Source: Neoechinorhynchus agilis | Taxonomy: Eukaryota > Animalia > Acanthocephala | Direction: 5' to 3' | Length of the DNA stretch: 64,000 nt | NCBI GenBank assembly: GCA_051530055.1 | Contig: CM121342.1 | Coordinates: forward strand, 6,013,489 to 6,077,488 | Part shown: piece after piece, positions 1 to 12,255 of the stretch | Numbering within the stretch: the stretch's first letter is position 1 | Layout of the letters: each line of letters opens with the position of its first letter | The notes under the pieces: generated by a model | Seen by the model: the letters and a program-made list of their open reading frames with translations, nothing else | Told to the model about the DNA's origin: nothing | Database searches by the model: none | Translations under genes and position numbers: made by a program

Positions 1-189
1 GAAAAAACAATAAAGCAAAAAATTATTTAATTCTCACCTTTTTTTGATTATTGTCTTTGGGGGAAAAGATAGTTTCTTTTGGTAGTTTTGCAAGATAAAC
101 CTTTAAATTAACGATCAATCGTTAAAACCCTTTTCCGATGAATACCAAATTTGTTGTCTTCAAATGTTATGTTTGTTCGGCAGCTTCCT

Positions 190-745
190 TGATGGCCGCG
201 TTGAATCGAAGCGCTGATTCGCTGCAACAGGAAGCTGCTGGATCGCATATCGCCGGTGGCATCTTTCTCAGTCGGGAAAAGGAAATAATCGGCTTCTTTT
301 CCGAGACATCCCAGTGTTTCCACTGCAATCGGGATGAAAATATATTGATGCCCATCGAGCGAGGAGTGTACTTCTGCCGCTTCTTTTCCTCTGCTCCCGC
401 CTTTGAGGCGGCATCCCGTAAGTGGGATGCTGCGAGCGTCTTGGGGCAGGTAAAATCCCAAACCAGTATTTTCCCGGAGTCGCCCCGTCGTTCCGGGAGA
501 GTCCGACTGGTTCGAGTCGAGCTGGAAAACCGGCCGTTGAGAGGGCTTTCTTTGAGCGTGGCGAGCAGTTGAACGCTTGCAGTCAAGGCCGTGAGTTCCC
601 GTTCACTGTCTCACCGCACCGAGAAATCGATGCCCAACCGAAGTCCCACAGCGACGGTGATGGCCTGATCATCCAGGCCAACAGCCCCTTGATCGAGAAA
701 GCCTTCAAGAAGTCGCTGGAGTGTGGAGCTGAGACTGCCAGGAGA
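190..745 (-). mobile_element. Decayed CRE-clade non-LTR retrotransposon, 3' part (zinc-knuckle/restriction-like endonuclease region)
   Basis: Frameshifted minus-strand translations give, in order, LAVSAPHSSDFL, KKALSTAGFPARLEPVGLSRNDG, KILVWDFTCPKTLAASHL, EEKKRQKY, FIPIAVETLGCLG and FLLQRISASIQRG. This matches the motif order I recall for the RLE-bearing C-terminus of CRE-type elements. Confidence 0.8.
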
Positions 746-1529
746 CGTCTAATTTTTTAATCCAAACATTGGAGTTTCGGATATTCGTATAGAAACTCTC
801 TTATCCGAATATTATCCGGTCCGAATTCGAGAATAAACGACGTTTTATTGCATATCGTCAATTATTTTTAAATCTCGGAAGATATTGATTGAATTCGGCA
901 CAATTTGGCTCCCTTTTATTCAATCTTGAAACGTTCATTGGATGCTTTCATTTAAGAAAAACAACATTGGAAAGCAATATAAAGAATCAAATTTTTATTG
1001 GACGAATTCTTTTGACCATATCAAGATTACAGGACGAAGGTTCATTGTTCATCTTTGGATTGATTGAACCTTTTAAGAAGACGGTTCCATCTGCGCCGTT
1101 CCGTCTTATTCTTTCATATCTTTAACATCGTTGTGCCCGAAGTGTTCATCCATTCTGAGATGCATTTTCCCTCTTCTCGTTTTGAGTGAGTCTTTGGTTT
1201 GTAGGTTTTTTGCTCACTAAGAATTTTATTCCATCGTTTGAGTTCCAAGTAGAACTCAAGTTTGAAATGTTCAATATTTAACAACTGTTCATGATGGATT
1301 CTAATGTTTTTCTTCAACTTCTTTAAATCCTTTACAAAAATTTAATTTTTGACTAATTGAAGTTTCAATGTGGGATTTAAGACCAACTCTAAACTTATTT
1401 CTTAAACTTAATTTTTAAGAGTTTCAACGTCTCGTTCAAATCCCGTGAATGGCCTCAGACAGTCGATCTGGGACAGATCTCTCGTCGCGAGAGCTCACAG
1501 CTATCTACTTTCAGGTTCTCGCCATGGGG

Positions 1530-2135
1530 TCGTCCGAGCTATATTGTTGGCAGTTTCAACAGGAGAATCGGGGTTCCTCCGGCATCCGTGGGAACTCTTC
1601 TTACTGATGAGGTAACGAGGATCGCAGTATCCTTAAGACTTGGTCTTGGGGCGACACGGTCTCGTTTGCCGAAAGTCAGGAGGAAAGTTCTCACGCCATT
1701 CTGAGATCAGCAGCGTAATTTCTCGGGCGTTGAGAACGACGAATGATTTGGAAGAGGCAAGATTATTTTCTGGTTGTCTAAAATGACCTTCTTAGATTCT
1801 GGCACTATTCGTGGCTTCACTTTGTCACGAACTCGATCACATGGGAAAGACTAATTCATTCGCCCATCTTTGTCGACCTGACGGAATTTCGGTCTTTCCG
1901 TGACGGGAGGGCAAATGCCTTCCCTGGGACGACCCTCGCAGTAAGCAACATTTCCTACTCAGCGAAAGGGACGAAGGTACGAAAATATTGGGATTTAGCA
2001 AGGATCCACTATTTTATCCACATTTGGAGTAGTGGAGCGCTTTCTCAGCTCGGCACTCTGCTCCAGGATCTCTCGAGGAAATTCAGAGGCCGGCGACGCA
2101 CGAGCAGGTGCATTCCTGCGACAAAATATCTCGCT
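1530..2135 (+). mobile_element. Second decayed CRE-clade retrotransposon 3' fragment
   Basis: Broken frames read RAILLAVSTGESG (1535), SVGTLLTDEVTRIAVSLRLGL (1585), GKFSRHSEISSVISRAL, RPDGISVFP*REGKCLPWD (1874), RKYWDLARIHYF and AGAFLRQNISL. The homology stops abruptly at 2135. Confidence 0.75.
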
Positions 2136-2136
2136 C

Positions 2137-2186
2137 CTCGATTATTTCCATTGAGCAAATCAGATTGCTCAATGCAAATAATCGAG
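2137..2186. repeat. Hairpin: 22-bp arms, 6-nt loop
   Basis: ctcgattatttccattgagcaa / ttgctcaatgcaaataatcgag with one mismatch; sits exactly at the CRE breakpoint. Confidence 0.9.
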
Positions 2187-2279
2187 AATAGCCTCGGGAT
2201 TTTAACCAATCTGGGGGTTTTGTTTGTCCATCGTCCCCGGGATCTCCGCTTTAGTGGGTCTGGTTCTCATGCCTGAAAC

Positions 2280-2465
2280 TTCTCAGATCACCACTGATTC
2301 TATTTCGATACCTGATATCGTGCGGTTTCTGCCCAGGAACGCCCAGAAACGGATCCCAAAGGCGCGCGATATCAGGTCGCCAAAGCATTTACGGGATTGC
2401 TCAACGATTGCTATCATGGACACGACTCTTCGGTTTCCCGCGCTTAGTCCTCTGCACCAGCGGTG
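2280..2465 (+). mobile_element. Probable CRE-like pre-RT region fragment
   Basis: Across a frameshift it reads KRIPK(G)ARYQVAKAFTGLLNDC, resembling the RIPKGAR motif upstream of the RT in animal CRE elements (from memory). Confidence 0.45.
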
Positions 2466-2571
2466 ATTCTGGGGTGTCCTTGACATCAACAATCAAAGAA
2501 GGGGTGGCCTCCTTTGAACAAATATTTAACAATTTTGAAAGGGATCTCCGCGAGGTTTCTAAGGGACGCAC

Positions 2572-3651
2572 GAGACTTTCATCATCTTTCTTTCAAAATT
2601 CACCGTTATTTTAATTTGTCAAAATTGGCTCAATAGATCACGAGGAGTGCCATTCAGAATTCTCATTTTCGATTCACTAGACTTTCATCGTCTTTCTTTC
2701 AAAATTCACCGTTATTTTAATTTGTCAAAATTGGCTCAATAGATCACGAGGAGTGCCATTCAGAATTCTTATTTTCAATTCACTAGACTTTCATCATCTT
2801 TCTTTAAGATTCACCGTTAATTTTTAGTTTTAATTTGTCAAAATGGCTCAGTAGATCACAAGAAGTGCCATTCAGAATTCTTATTTTCGATTCACTAGAC
2901 TTTCATCATCTTTCTTTAAGATTCACCGTTAATTTTTAGTTTTAATTTGTCAAAATGGCTCAATAGATCACGAGGAGTGCCATTCAGAATTCTTATTTTC
3001 GATTCACTAGACTTTCATCATCTTTCTTTAAGATTCACCGTTAATTTTTGATTTTAATTTGTCAAAATTGGCTCAGTAGATCACAAGTGCCATTCAGAAT
3101 TCTTATTTTCAATTCACTAGACTTTCATCATCTTTCTTTCAAAATTCACCGTTATTTTAATTTGTCAAAATTGGCTCAATAGATCACAAGGAGTGCCATT
3201 CAGAATTCTTATTTTCGATTAACTAGACTTTCATCATCTTTCTTTAAGATTCACCGTTAATTTTTGGTTTTAATTTGTCAAAATTGGCTCAATAGATCAC
3301 AAGTGCCATTCAGAATTCTTATTTTCAATTCACTAGACTTTCATCATCTTTCTTTCAAAATTCACCGTTATTTTAATTTGTCAAAATTGGCTCAATAGAT
3401 CACGAGGAGTGCCATTCAGAATTCTTATTTTCGATTCACTAGACTTTCATCGTCTTTCTTTCAAAATTCACCGTTATTTTAATTTGTCAAAATTGGCTCA
3501 ATAGATCACAAGTGCCATTCAGAATTCTTATTTTCGATTAACGAGACTTTCATCATCTTTCTTTCAAAATTCACCGTTATTTTAATTTGTCAAAATTGGC
3601 TCAATAGATCACGAGGAGTGCCATTCAGAATTCTCATTTTCGATTAACGAG
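2572..3651. repeat. Tandem array, 106-112 bp unit, about 10 copies
   Basis: agactttcatc recurs at 2573, 2679, 2785, 2897, 3009, 3119, 3225, 3335, 3441 and about 3544. Confidence 0.95.
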
Positions 3652-3700
3652 TAGTTCTTTCACCACAAAGAATGCTTTTCCTTTATTTCGGTTCTTAAAG

Positions 3701-4502
3701 ATGATTGTTGAATTGAGTAAACTCAGTGCGATGGGTGCATTAATGAGAAGACATCATGCTTTAAAGAATGGAGCATTTCGGTTAACTCCACGTCGCTTGT
3801 TCTTTGCCTCGTCAAATCTCGTAATGAGCAATGAAAACATTGGGCAATCATTTGGTCAAATGATCAAACGGAATCTTGAGACGGTCAATAGCGTCACTAT
3901 GAGACATGCTCAAGAAGTAACTGTATCAAAGAACGAAATTCCACATTTCTATTTAGCAATCGATGTTAACGTAGATCGTCTTATTCAAACCGGAATCGAC
4001 ATTAATGGTGCTGTTGTCAAAGCAGCAGCCATTGCTTGTAAATCCGTCCCGGAAGCAGCGGCATGTTGGTTCCCTGAGAATAAAACTATTAGACGTTTGT
4101 ACGATCACTTTAGTCTTTAGTGATTGAACAACGAATAGAATGTACGACCAAGTAAATGTTTTATTCCGTCAACCTTCTCATGAAGCTGTGATTGGTGATC
4201 CTGGTACCATGAGTGTTTCCCATATTAAAAACGCACTTAAAGTGCCTCGCCTAGACGCCGATGATCGATCAACGTTCACAATAATCTCCAGTCCGACGGT
4301 CGATAATGTCTGTGCCATCATTAATCCGCGACAATCATGCGTTCTAGCGATGGGAATGGTTAAAGATCAAGTCAACAAGGAAGGAAAAGCCGTTAAGTTG
4401 GTCACTTTCAATCTTTCTTGTGATCACCGTGTTATCGACGGCGCTGTCGGTGCAATGTGGCTTCAATGTTTCAGAAAAACACTTGAGGAAATGAATGCCT
4501 AA
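3701..4502 (+). CDS. 2-oxoacid dehydrogenase E2 (DLAT-like) catalytic domain only, with mitochondrial presequence-like N-terminus
   Basis: Contains SKNEIPHFYL, AIINPRQSCVLAMG and FNLSCDHRVIDGAVGA. A 40-nt GT-AG intron at 4099-4138 joins the two ORFs in frame. The start could be 3701, 3731 or 3743. Confidence 0.8.
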
Positions 4503-4845
4503 GAGAAATAGTCGCAATTAATGTTGTCGAACTTTTCTTTAAATGAAAAAGTTGTCTTCTAAAGATATTTACCGTTTTTATCCTCAACTTCTCAATTTTA
4601 GAAACGATTCGAAATGATATTTTGACAATGCCATTTTTAAAAATTTAGCATTTTTAATCTATTAATTCAAAAAATATTTCGTCCCACATCTTCTCATTGT
4701 TAAAAAAATAGCTTTAATTAACAATTTCTTTACAATTTAGATTCAATCAAAATTCACGACCACGGAGACAATAAAATGAAGAAAAAAAAGGTGAATGGAA
4801 TCACAAGAGCGTAAGTTTATGTTTGCAGAATCCCACCGATTTATC

Positions 4846-5088
4846 TGGCGTAAAGAAATTTGAAATGGTGATTTTGGTTTTAAAATATCCGATTGCTTTC
4901 GAAGAGGCATACAATCTTGTTGTTAAATTTTTTTCAATATAAGAAAGTTTAGCTGTTTTTCTCAGTGAGAATTACGACCTTTTTTTTATTATTATTATAT
5001 CGAAACACTTAACATTGATCAAAAGGCGCTTCGAAAACAATCGGAGATTTTAAAACCAAAATCATCATTCTAAAATTTCTTCACGCCA
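4846..5088. repeat. Imperfect inverted repeat, about 59-bp arms
   Basis: 4846-4904 is the reverse complement of 5029-5088 with several mismatches. Confidence 0.8.
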
Positions 5089-5182
5089 TATAAAACAACC
5101 AAAAATAAGTTTAAGTTAAAAAAGTTTCTTCGGTATTGCTAATGTGGACGAAATAAAACGTCGAATTAAAGGCAATGAACAT

Positions 5183-5464
5183 TTATTGTTCTCTAAGCTT
5201 GATTTGGTTCTCAAGTCGTTCAATTCTACTCGTTAAACTCCTCATTACTTCTATCAATCTTAAAATATATTCCTTCGCATTGTTTTCCTTTGGAGAACTA
5301 TAATGAAAATTATCCGTGCCCATTTTATGTATTGTCCGCCTAACGAGACTGGAATCTTCAAATGTATTCACCAATTCGAAGGACGACACTGGAATGCTTT
5401 GTGAATGAATAAACAGAGAAATGAGAAGAAATGTTAAAATGAGAGGTAACAACACTCTAACCAT
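5183..5464 (-). CDS. Small putative secreted protein (93 aa)
   Basis: ATG-initiated ORF with a hydrophobic leader (VLLPLILTFLLISLFIHS) and a heptad-like C-terminus (LIEVMRSLTSRIERLENQIKL). Confidence 0.55.
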   Translation of the reverse strand: MVRVLLPLILTFLLISLFIHSQSIPVSSFELVNTFEDSSLVRRTIHKMGTDNFHYSSPKENNAKEYILRLIEVMRSLTSRIERLENQIKLREQ

Positions 5465-5989
5465 TATTTAGTCGAGAAATAAAAACAATTAGTAGTTCAA
5501 AACATCGTCTTGGTTACGAAAGGCGACCAATTCAAATCCTAGGCCACGGGAAGTCTACAAAGAAGTTTCTTTTTAAAAAATCATTGACGATTTAATCATA
5601 TGCCGAAAGATCGATCTCTCAGAAATCTTTAAAGCATGTATTTTGGCTGTTCTATTTTTGAATACTTCCAAATCCAAAATCGTTCAAAGGCTTCTTTTGG
5701 TCTACTAATAAATCATCCACGACTACTAATTCGATGAAATGTTTTTGGCGTTCCACGAGTTATGGAAAAATTAATTCGCGGTCATCGATGTTTATTTGCT
5801 GGAATAATAGTTGGAGATGTTTGGTGATCATAATCCCACCGGATAAAATGGACATTTTTCGAAAGACTGAGGCTCAACTGAGATCGCTAAAAAATCGAGG
5901 ACATGTTAGAAAAATATTGGCAGTATGAAACAGTGTTAACAACGTAACTTTCGACGCGTTTATATTGCTGAAATAATTTTAAAATGGAA

Positions 5990-6780
5990 ATGTGAGTGGT
6001 GATCACCGAATAAAATTGAGATATTTTAAAAGAGGAATTTCTCTAATCGACTCGTCTTTTCGATGAGAATCTGAAAACATCTCCAATTTTTGGATTTTGC
6101 AAGAACAAAAACTTGCAATTTACTCTCAAAACATGATTTTTGTGAAATATATTTTCATTTTTAGAGCACCGAATAAAATTGAGATATTTCAAAAGAGGAA
6201 TTTCTCTAATCGACTCTTCTTTTCGATGAGACATAATCGCTACTCGAATTTTCGGTTTTTTCAACAAAAAACCATGCAATTAACTCCCAAAACATGATTT
6301 TTGTGAAATATATTTTCATTTTTAGAGCACCGAATGCAATTGAGATATTTCAAAAGAGGAATTTCTCTAATCGACTCGTTTTTCATCTCAATAACACCTT
6401 TTTCAATCCGAACACATCTCCAATTTTTGGTTTTTCAACAAAAAACCCATGCAATTAACTCTCAAAACACGATTTTTGTGAAATATATTTTCACTTTTAG
6501 AGCACCGAATGCAATTGAGATATTTCAAAAGAGGAATTTCTCTAATCGACTCGTTTCTTTTTATCTCAATAACACCATTTTCAATCCGACTCCAATTTTT
6601 GGTTTTTCAACAAAAACCCATGCAATTAAGTGTCAAAACCCGATTTTTCTGAAATATATTTTCATTTTTAGAGCACCGAATGCAATTGAGATATTTCAAA
6701 AGAGGAATTTCTCTAATCGACTCGTTTCTTTTTATCTCAATATCCGTGTCAAAACACGATTTTCGTGAAATATATAGCCT
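5990..6780. repeat. Tandem array, 161-175 bp unit, about 5 copies
   Basis: caccgaat...gagatatttcaaaagaggaatttctctaatcgactc recurs at about 6004, 6167, 6328, 6503 and 6674. Confidence 0.9.
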
Positions 6781-7168
6781 TTGTGTGGCCACAAGAACCT
6801 TTTTTTCCTTGATAAAATTTTTACCAGCCTTTTTTTTCTCCTCTATAAGTGTTATTTTGATGTAGGACGTTGAAAGTCATGATTTCGTTTACAGGATCGA
6901 CCAAACGAATGCTCAGACATCCAAGGCGACATTCCTCGTCTGAAATAACCCTTAGACTTTGTTTCATCATCTAATTTTTTTTTGAGATGGCAACAGTTAA
7001 CAAATCCATTGTTTGGTTGAACAAAGATCCTCTATTTTTGTGTGTGTGAGAAGATAAAAAGTGACATGAATGCGCAAAACGTACCGTGTCAAGCACGCAC
7101 TCGACTAACATTGTCCCGTTGATACATTTGCTTAGCAACCGACTTCATTGGATCAGTCCACACAATCA

Positions 7169-9252
7169 ATGAAATCAATGTTTTTGAGCCGTAAACTGAG
7201 ACGGTTAAGGTTTTGTGTGGTCGTAATGGTTACCGCAATTGTTTCAGTGGCACTCGTGATCTCGATGCCCAGTCGAAGGAGATTATTGCAACATTTACCA
7301 ATAGAAGTGACTCCTTGCTTAAATTGTCCTGGAGAATTCGGAGAAGCAGTCGAACTTGAGGTAGGTTTTTTTGTCTGAAAAACGGTCGATTTTTTTGAAT
7401 AGGAAACGGAGAAACGAAACCTGAACATCACCGGAGTCATGTCATCTGATCATTTTAATATTTTTGTAAGTGAAAAGATTTCTCTTTGGAGGTCTTTGCC
7501 GGACGTACGACATCCAAAGTGAGTACTTTTAAACTAAATTTTTTTGTTTAAAAGCAAAAAATGAGTAGATGTAAAAGTATCAAGTATAAAGTTGACGATC
7601 TTCCCAGTGCAAGTGTGATTTTGGTGTTTAAAAATGAACGATTTAGTATTCTAATGCGGACGATATACAGCGTTATATTACGATCGCCTCGTGCTAGTCT
7701 AAAGGAGATAATCCTCATAGATGATCAATCGGAGTTAGAAGAGTTAAAGACTTCTTTAGATGAATATTGCGAAACTCACTTTGGAAATCTGGTCCAAATA
7801 TACAGAGCTCCACGTCGACTCGGTCTAATTCAAGGCAAAAATTTCGGAGCTAAAAAAGCAACTGGAGACATTGTCGTGTTCCTTGATGCTCATTGTGAAG
7901 CGAATATTGGATGGCTTGAACCTATTTTGTTTCGATTAAAACAAAATAGAAACGCAGTTGTTTGTCCAATCATTGATACCATTGACGCAGAGACTTTTGA
8001 ATACAGAGGAGGTCAAGTTCCGAGATCGATTGGAGGATTCAGTTGGTCAATGTTTTTCACATGGATTCCAATTCCGCAAAGATTGATGAGTATTGCGGAT
8101 AAAATCACGGAACCTGTACCGTAAGATATTTGCAAAATATAATTTAAAATCCATCAGAACATAAAAAAAGGTCGCCCACGATGGCTGGTGGTCTATTAGC
8201 GGCTGATAGGAAAGCGTTTTTTGAGTTTGGTGGATACGACGATGAAATGGAGGTGTGGGGTGCGGAGAACTTGGAAATATCATTTCGGGTATCTGATTTG
8301 TTTATAGTCTCCGATATGGAAACATTTACACTATTTTTTAGTAGACTTGGATGTGTGGTGGATCCATTGAGTTCATTCCTTGTTCTCATGTGGGGCATGT
8401 ATTCCGGCATGGACATCCTTATAATATGACCGGGGAAAAGGGAGGAAGCAATGTGAATGAAAGGAACAGTGTTCGATTGATCGAAGTCTGGCTTGATGAA
8501 TACAAGAAATTCTATTATCAACGAAATAAAAATTCAAAGGTTCGTTGTCTCTACTACGCACAAATGCAAAATTTTTTAACAATTCAAATCTTCCTTTTCA
8601 TCACTATTGGCCTCGAATAGATAAAATATGAAAATGAAGATTTGAGTGAACGAATGGAACTACGGAAAAAACTTAAATGCAAAGATTTCCGTTGGTATTT
8701 AAAAACAGTGTACCCGGAGAAACTGATTCCAGACGAAAACACTCTATCGCATGGATCAGTAAGTGTTTTTTATGTCTCTTCTACCTTATCGGAGACTTTT
8801 AGATTAAAAATCGTGATACTGGTCTTTGTTTGGATACCCTCGGCAATGTTAAGCCTGGATTGACCGTTTCTGTATTTCCATGGCAATCCGGTGGATCCAA
8901 TAATCAATACTTTTCATTCTACCTCAATAATAAAATCTGCATTCAAGACTATTGTTTAACAGTTCGTGATGCCAGTGGATTTGCAAACGATGGAGACCAG
9001 ATTACGTTCGCATACCCGGATCGATCGCCGGGATGGAGTTACACACGAGTAAGTTAAAATGGAAACGCAATTTTTAAATTTATTTCTGTTCATTTAAAGG
9101 ATAATACCATAATGTTTCTGGGAAAAAGCATGGATAGACTTTGCATGAGCGTAAAAGATCTTAAAGCAAACGATCCGATTATACTTCGAAAATGTAATAA
9201 GACTGATGGCTATCAGAAATTTATATTGGAAAACTACATTGTTAACAATTAA
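7169..9252 (+). CDS. GALNT: Polypeptide N-acetylgalactosaminyltransferase (8 exons)
   Basis: Type II TM anchor, [27 protein letters not shown] (DxH motif), [28 protein letters not shown] and a ricin-like C-terminus. GT-AG introns at 7361-7402, 7519-7568, 8121-8170, 8289-8344, 8540-8620, 8759-8802 and 9049-9099 restore the frame. The paralog cannot be assigned. Confidence 0.93.
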
Positions 9253-9632
9253 AACAATTTTAAATGTTGGTCTTCGGTGAGCTGTCACTACTCCGAGAAT
9301 TTTTAAAAATATTTCAGAACCTGAGTTTTCTCTTCAGTAAATTATTTTTTTTGGTCTCAGAGTGGTGAGAGTTCACCGAAAACCAAAATTTTAAATGTGT
9401 TGAACACTTTCGAAAATGTAATAAGACTGATGGCTATCAGAAATTTATATTGGAAAACTACATTGTTAACAATTAAAACAATTTTAAATGTTGGTCTTCG
9501 GTGAGCTGTCACTACTCCGAGAATTTTTAAAAATTTTTCAGAACCTGAGTTTTCTCTTCAGTGAATTATTTTTTTTGGTCTCAGAGTGGTGAGAGTTCAC
9601 CGAAGACCAAAATTTTAAATGTGTTGAACACT
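9184..9632. repeat. 224-bp tandem duplication of the GALNT 3' end
   Basis: cgaaaatgtaataagactg occurs at 9187 and 9411; the copy includes the last ~20 codons and the stop. Confidence 0.9.
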
Positions 9633-9732
9633 TCTTTTTTTTATTATTATTTAAGTATTCATAAAAAAGCGGTTCAAAGGTTGTTTTTAAAGGATTTTCT
9701 ATACAGACACGAAAAGCCATTTACACAATGAT

Positions 9733-12255
9733 TTACAATAATGTACTTAAATCATCGAAGAGTTTCGTCTTATTTCGAGACAAATAATGTTTTTGTATGA
9801 GTTGATGAATGTGCGCTAAGCATTTTTCCAACTGTCCTAAATTCCAATTTTTCGATTCGATTGTGAATCTTTCAACAAGAACGCCTGCTCTCTTCACGAG
9901 TGCATCATTCTGAGAATGATTCGCTTTGTTATATTGTCGGCAATGACCTTGACCGTTCCTCGAATTCCTAATGGATTTCCGGTCGGGAATGACTTCAATA
10001 AATAGGTTCACTTTTGTCTCATTTGGTCTAATTGTGATTATTTTACGGAAATTGGGATGATCAGCACTTAAAGGACCTTCGACACCGTGATTGGATCTAA
10101 GTTTCACATTGTCTGGTACGATTGGATCATATCGCACAAAAGCAGCCAATACATTTCCTTTAATGGGTTCATTGGAAACAAATACATTGCAAACTGCTGG
10201 CACTTGAACAAGAGCTTTACGGTCCTCACGCGACTTGAAAATCCCGTTTAGTTTTTGTTCAGCATCCACACTCATATGAGATCGCTCAAGTGAATGTATT
10301 GTATCGAGCAGAAGTGAAGCTTTATGGCGAGCTCCTCGATCATCGTATACTCCGTCTGTATTGTAATAGAACGCATTTTGACAAACGAGCTCAAGATCGG
10401 CGAATATATCTCGAAATCGGAAATAATTGTGTCGATCGATTTTAGACATTATGACGGAAAAATCAATCGGGCGTCGGATAACTTCATAGTAATCACTGAC
10501 AGCCATTGGATGTATAGCTCCTCGGAACATGGAAAATTTCTGCTCACGGGTCAATTCAGCTATCAATCGTCGACATGCCAAACGAAATGCGATCAGATAA
10601 AACTCTTCTTCTTTCCAAATCACTTCAAGGTCATCATCGTTCAGATTCAGTTTTGCAATACCATCTTCAAGATGAGCACTTTCAAAAGCGTCACGTTTAA
10701 GGACTTGCTCAAAAACACTCCGTCTTTCGGACGAACTAGGTCCCGAAGCGACTATGATTTGAGAATTATCAGGAAACCATTTTTTTATACAATCAGGGCA
10801 TTTCTTCGGTAAACAATTGCATGTAACTACAAGGAGTGTTGCTCTGTTTGAAGACATTGATTGAATACAACTGATCATAATCGATCTCACAGATTCCGGA
10901 ACCGAATTCCACCAAGTGTTCAAGTGTCGTATGAAAATCACCGAAGGAATATCGATTTGTGCTCTTTTAAAAAAAGTATTGACTGCTTCTTCGGGAGATG
11001 CAAACGACGGATCGTACATTGTTGACGGTGATATGCATTGAACGTTAAGATCAAGTGAACGTAAAAGCCCCGGTGCTAAGTACGAATTATAGCCCCAATC
11101 CACGGGTTCACAAACTAACAGACGAGGATTGTAAATGCTTGGATCGTCTTTGCTGGGTTGTCTTGAATTAAAAAGAGCTGGACATTGTAGGAGGAGACTT
11201 GCTCGAATATCGGCGATTCGTGATTCAAAAAATGGTGAAAGACCTTTTGGGATTGTTGCAAATCCCATCGATCCTGAACGCAACGATGCTGGAGTTAATC
11301 TTGAAATTGGATCAAGAAAATCATCCGCAGTGACTTCAACCGAACCAACGTCAATCGTGCATCGACGTCTCGTGTTGTAGATTTGAGGATGCTTCTTTTT
11401 AAAACTGTTCATAACTGCTTCTCGACACAATGCCTGCAAATCAGCTCCACAAAACCCTTTTGTCTGACAAGCAAGTTCATTTAAGAGCTCATCGCCTAGT
11501 GGAGGTTGCCACTGGCGTGTATGGATCCTTAAAATTGATTTCCGGGCTTCGACATTAGGTAGACCAAAATAGAACTCGCGATCAAACCGACCAGGACGGC
11601 GAAGAGCTGAATCGATTGTATCGATTCTATTGGTGGCACCAATCACAATAATACCAGCAGCAGAATCTATGCCGTCCATAAGACCCAGAAGAGTGGTAAC
11701 TATCGTATTATGAGTCATTTCAGTTCTTAGCGATCTAGCGGGCGCAAGACCGTCAATTTCATCGAAGAAAATAATGCTTGGTCGAGTTTTATAGGCTTCT
11801 TCGAACAAAATTCTCAAATGTTTCTCAGATTCCCCGAAATATTTACTCATACAATCAGCTCCTTTTCTGAGATAAAAGGATACTTTTTGTGTCTCAGTGG
11901 AGCATTCCGACGCGAGTGCATGAGCCATTAGAGTCTTCCCAGTTCCAGGAGGACCGTGGAATATTACTCCACGAGGTGCTTTGATTCCGAATTTCTTGAA
12001 AATATCCGGATATATTAAAGGAAATAGTATAGTTTCCTTAAGGGACTTTATTGTATGATCGTGGCCTCCAATATTATTGAAATGAACACTTCTATCTCGC
12101 CAACACGATTCACCATTTCCGAACATTGAATCCGATACATGACGCAGAGTCGAAGTTGGCGATGGCGATCGGGATAAAGAACTGCTCGATGATTTATCGC
12201 TTTTTTGTTTTAACTTGGTACCGTGTGGGATTTTTCGTCTTATCCGTTTCGGCAT
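9733..12255 (-). CDS. ATAD2: ATAD2-family AAA+ ATPase with bromodomain, single exon, 840 aa
   Basis: Walker A GPPGTGKT, Walker B IIFFDEID, SRH ALRRPGRFDRE, degenerate second AAA module, bromodomain (DYYEVIRRPIDF...NAFYYN). Confidence 0.93.
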   Translation of the reverse strand: MPKRIRRKIPHGTKLKQKSDKSSSSSLSRSPSPTSTLRHVSDSMFGNGESCWRDRSVHFNNIGGHDHTIKSLKETILFPLIYPDIFKKFGIKAPRGVIFHGPPGTGKTLMAHALASECSTETQKVSFYLRKGADCMSKYFGESEKHLRILFEEAYKTRPSIIFFDEIDGLAPARSLRTEMTHNTIVTTLLGLMDGIDSAAGIIVIGATNRIDTIDSALRRPGRFDREFYFGLPNVEARKSILRIHTRQWQPPLGDELLNELACQTKGFCGADLQALCREAVMNSFKKKHPQIYNTRRRCTIDVGSVEVTADDFLDPISRLTPASLRSGSMGFATIPKGLSPFFESRIADIRASLLLQCPALFNSRQPSKDDPSIYNPRLLVCEPVDWGYNSYLAPGLLRSLDLNVQCISPSTMYDPSFASPEEAVNTFFKRAQIDIPSVIFIRHLNTWWNSVPESVRSIMISCIQSMSSNRATLLVVTCNCLPKKCPDCIKKWFPDNSQIIVASGPSSSERRSVFEQVLKRDAFESAHLEDGIAKLNLNDDDLEVIWKEEEFYLIAFRLACRRLIAELTREQKFSMFRGAIHPMAVSDYYEVIRRPIDFSVIMSKIDRHNYFRFRDIFADLELVCQNAFYYNTDGVYDDRGARHKASLLLDTIHSLERSHMSVDAEQKLNGIFKSREDRKALVQVPAVCNVFVSNEPIKGNVLAAFVRYDPIVPDNVKLRSNHGVEGPLSADHPNFRKIITIRPNETKVNLFIEVIPDRKSIRNSRNGQGHCRQYNKANHSQNDALVKRAGVLVERFTIESKNWNLGQLEKCLAHIHQLIQKHYLSRNKTKLFDDLSTLL

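Noticed and set aside
1440-2560. rRNA-like GC-rich stretch
   Set aside because: No conserved rRNA motifs recognised; the translations give CRE retrotransposon motifs instead.
10324-11380. Plus-strand ORFs 10324-10812 and 11135-11380
   Set aside because: Antisense shadows of ATAD2.
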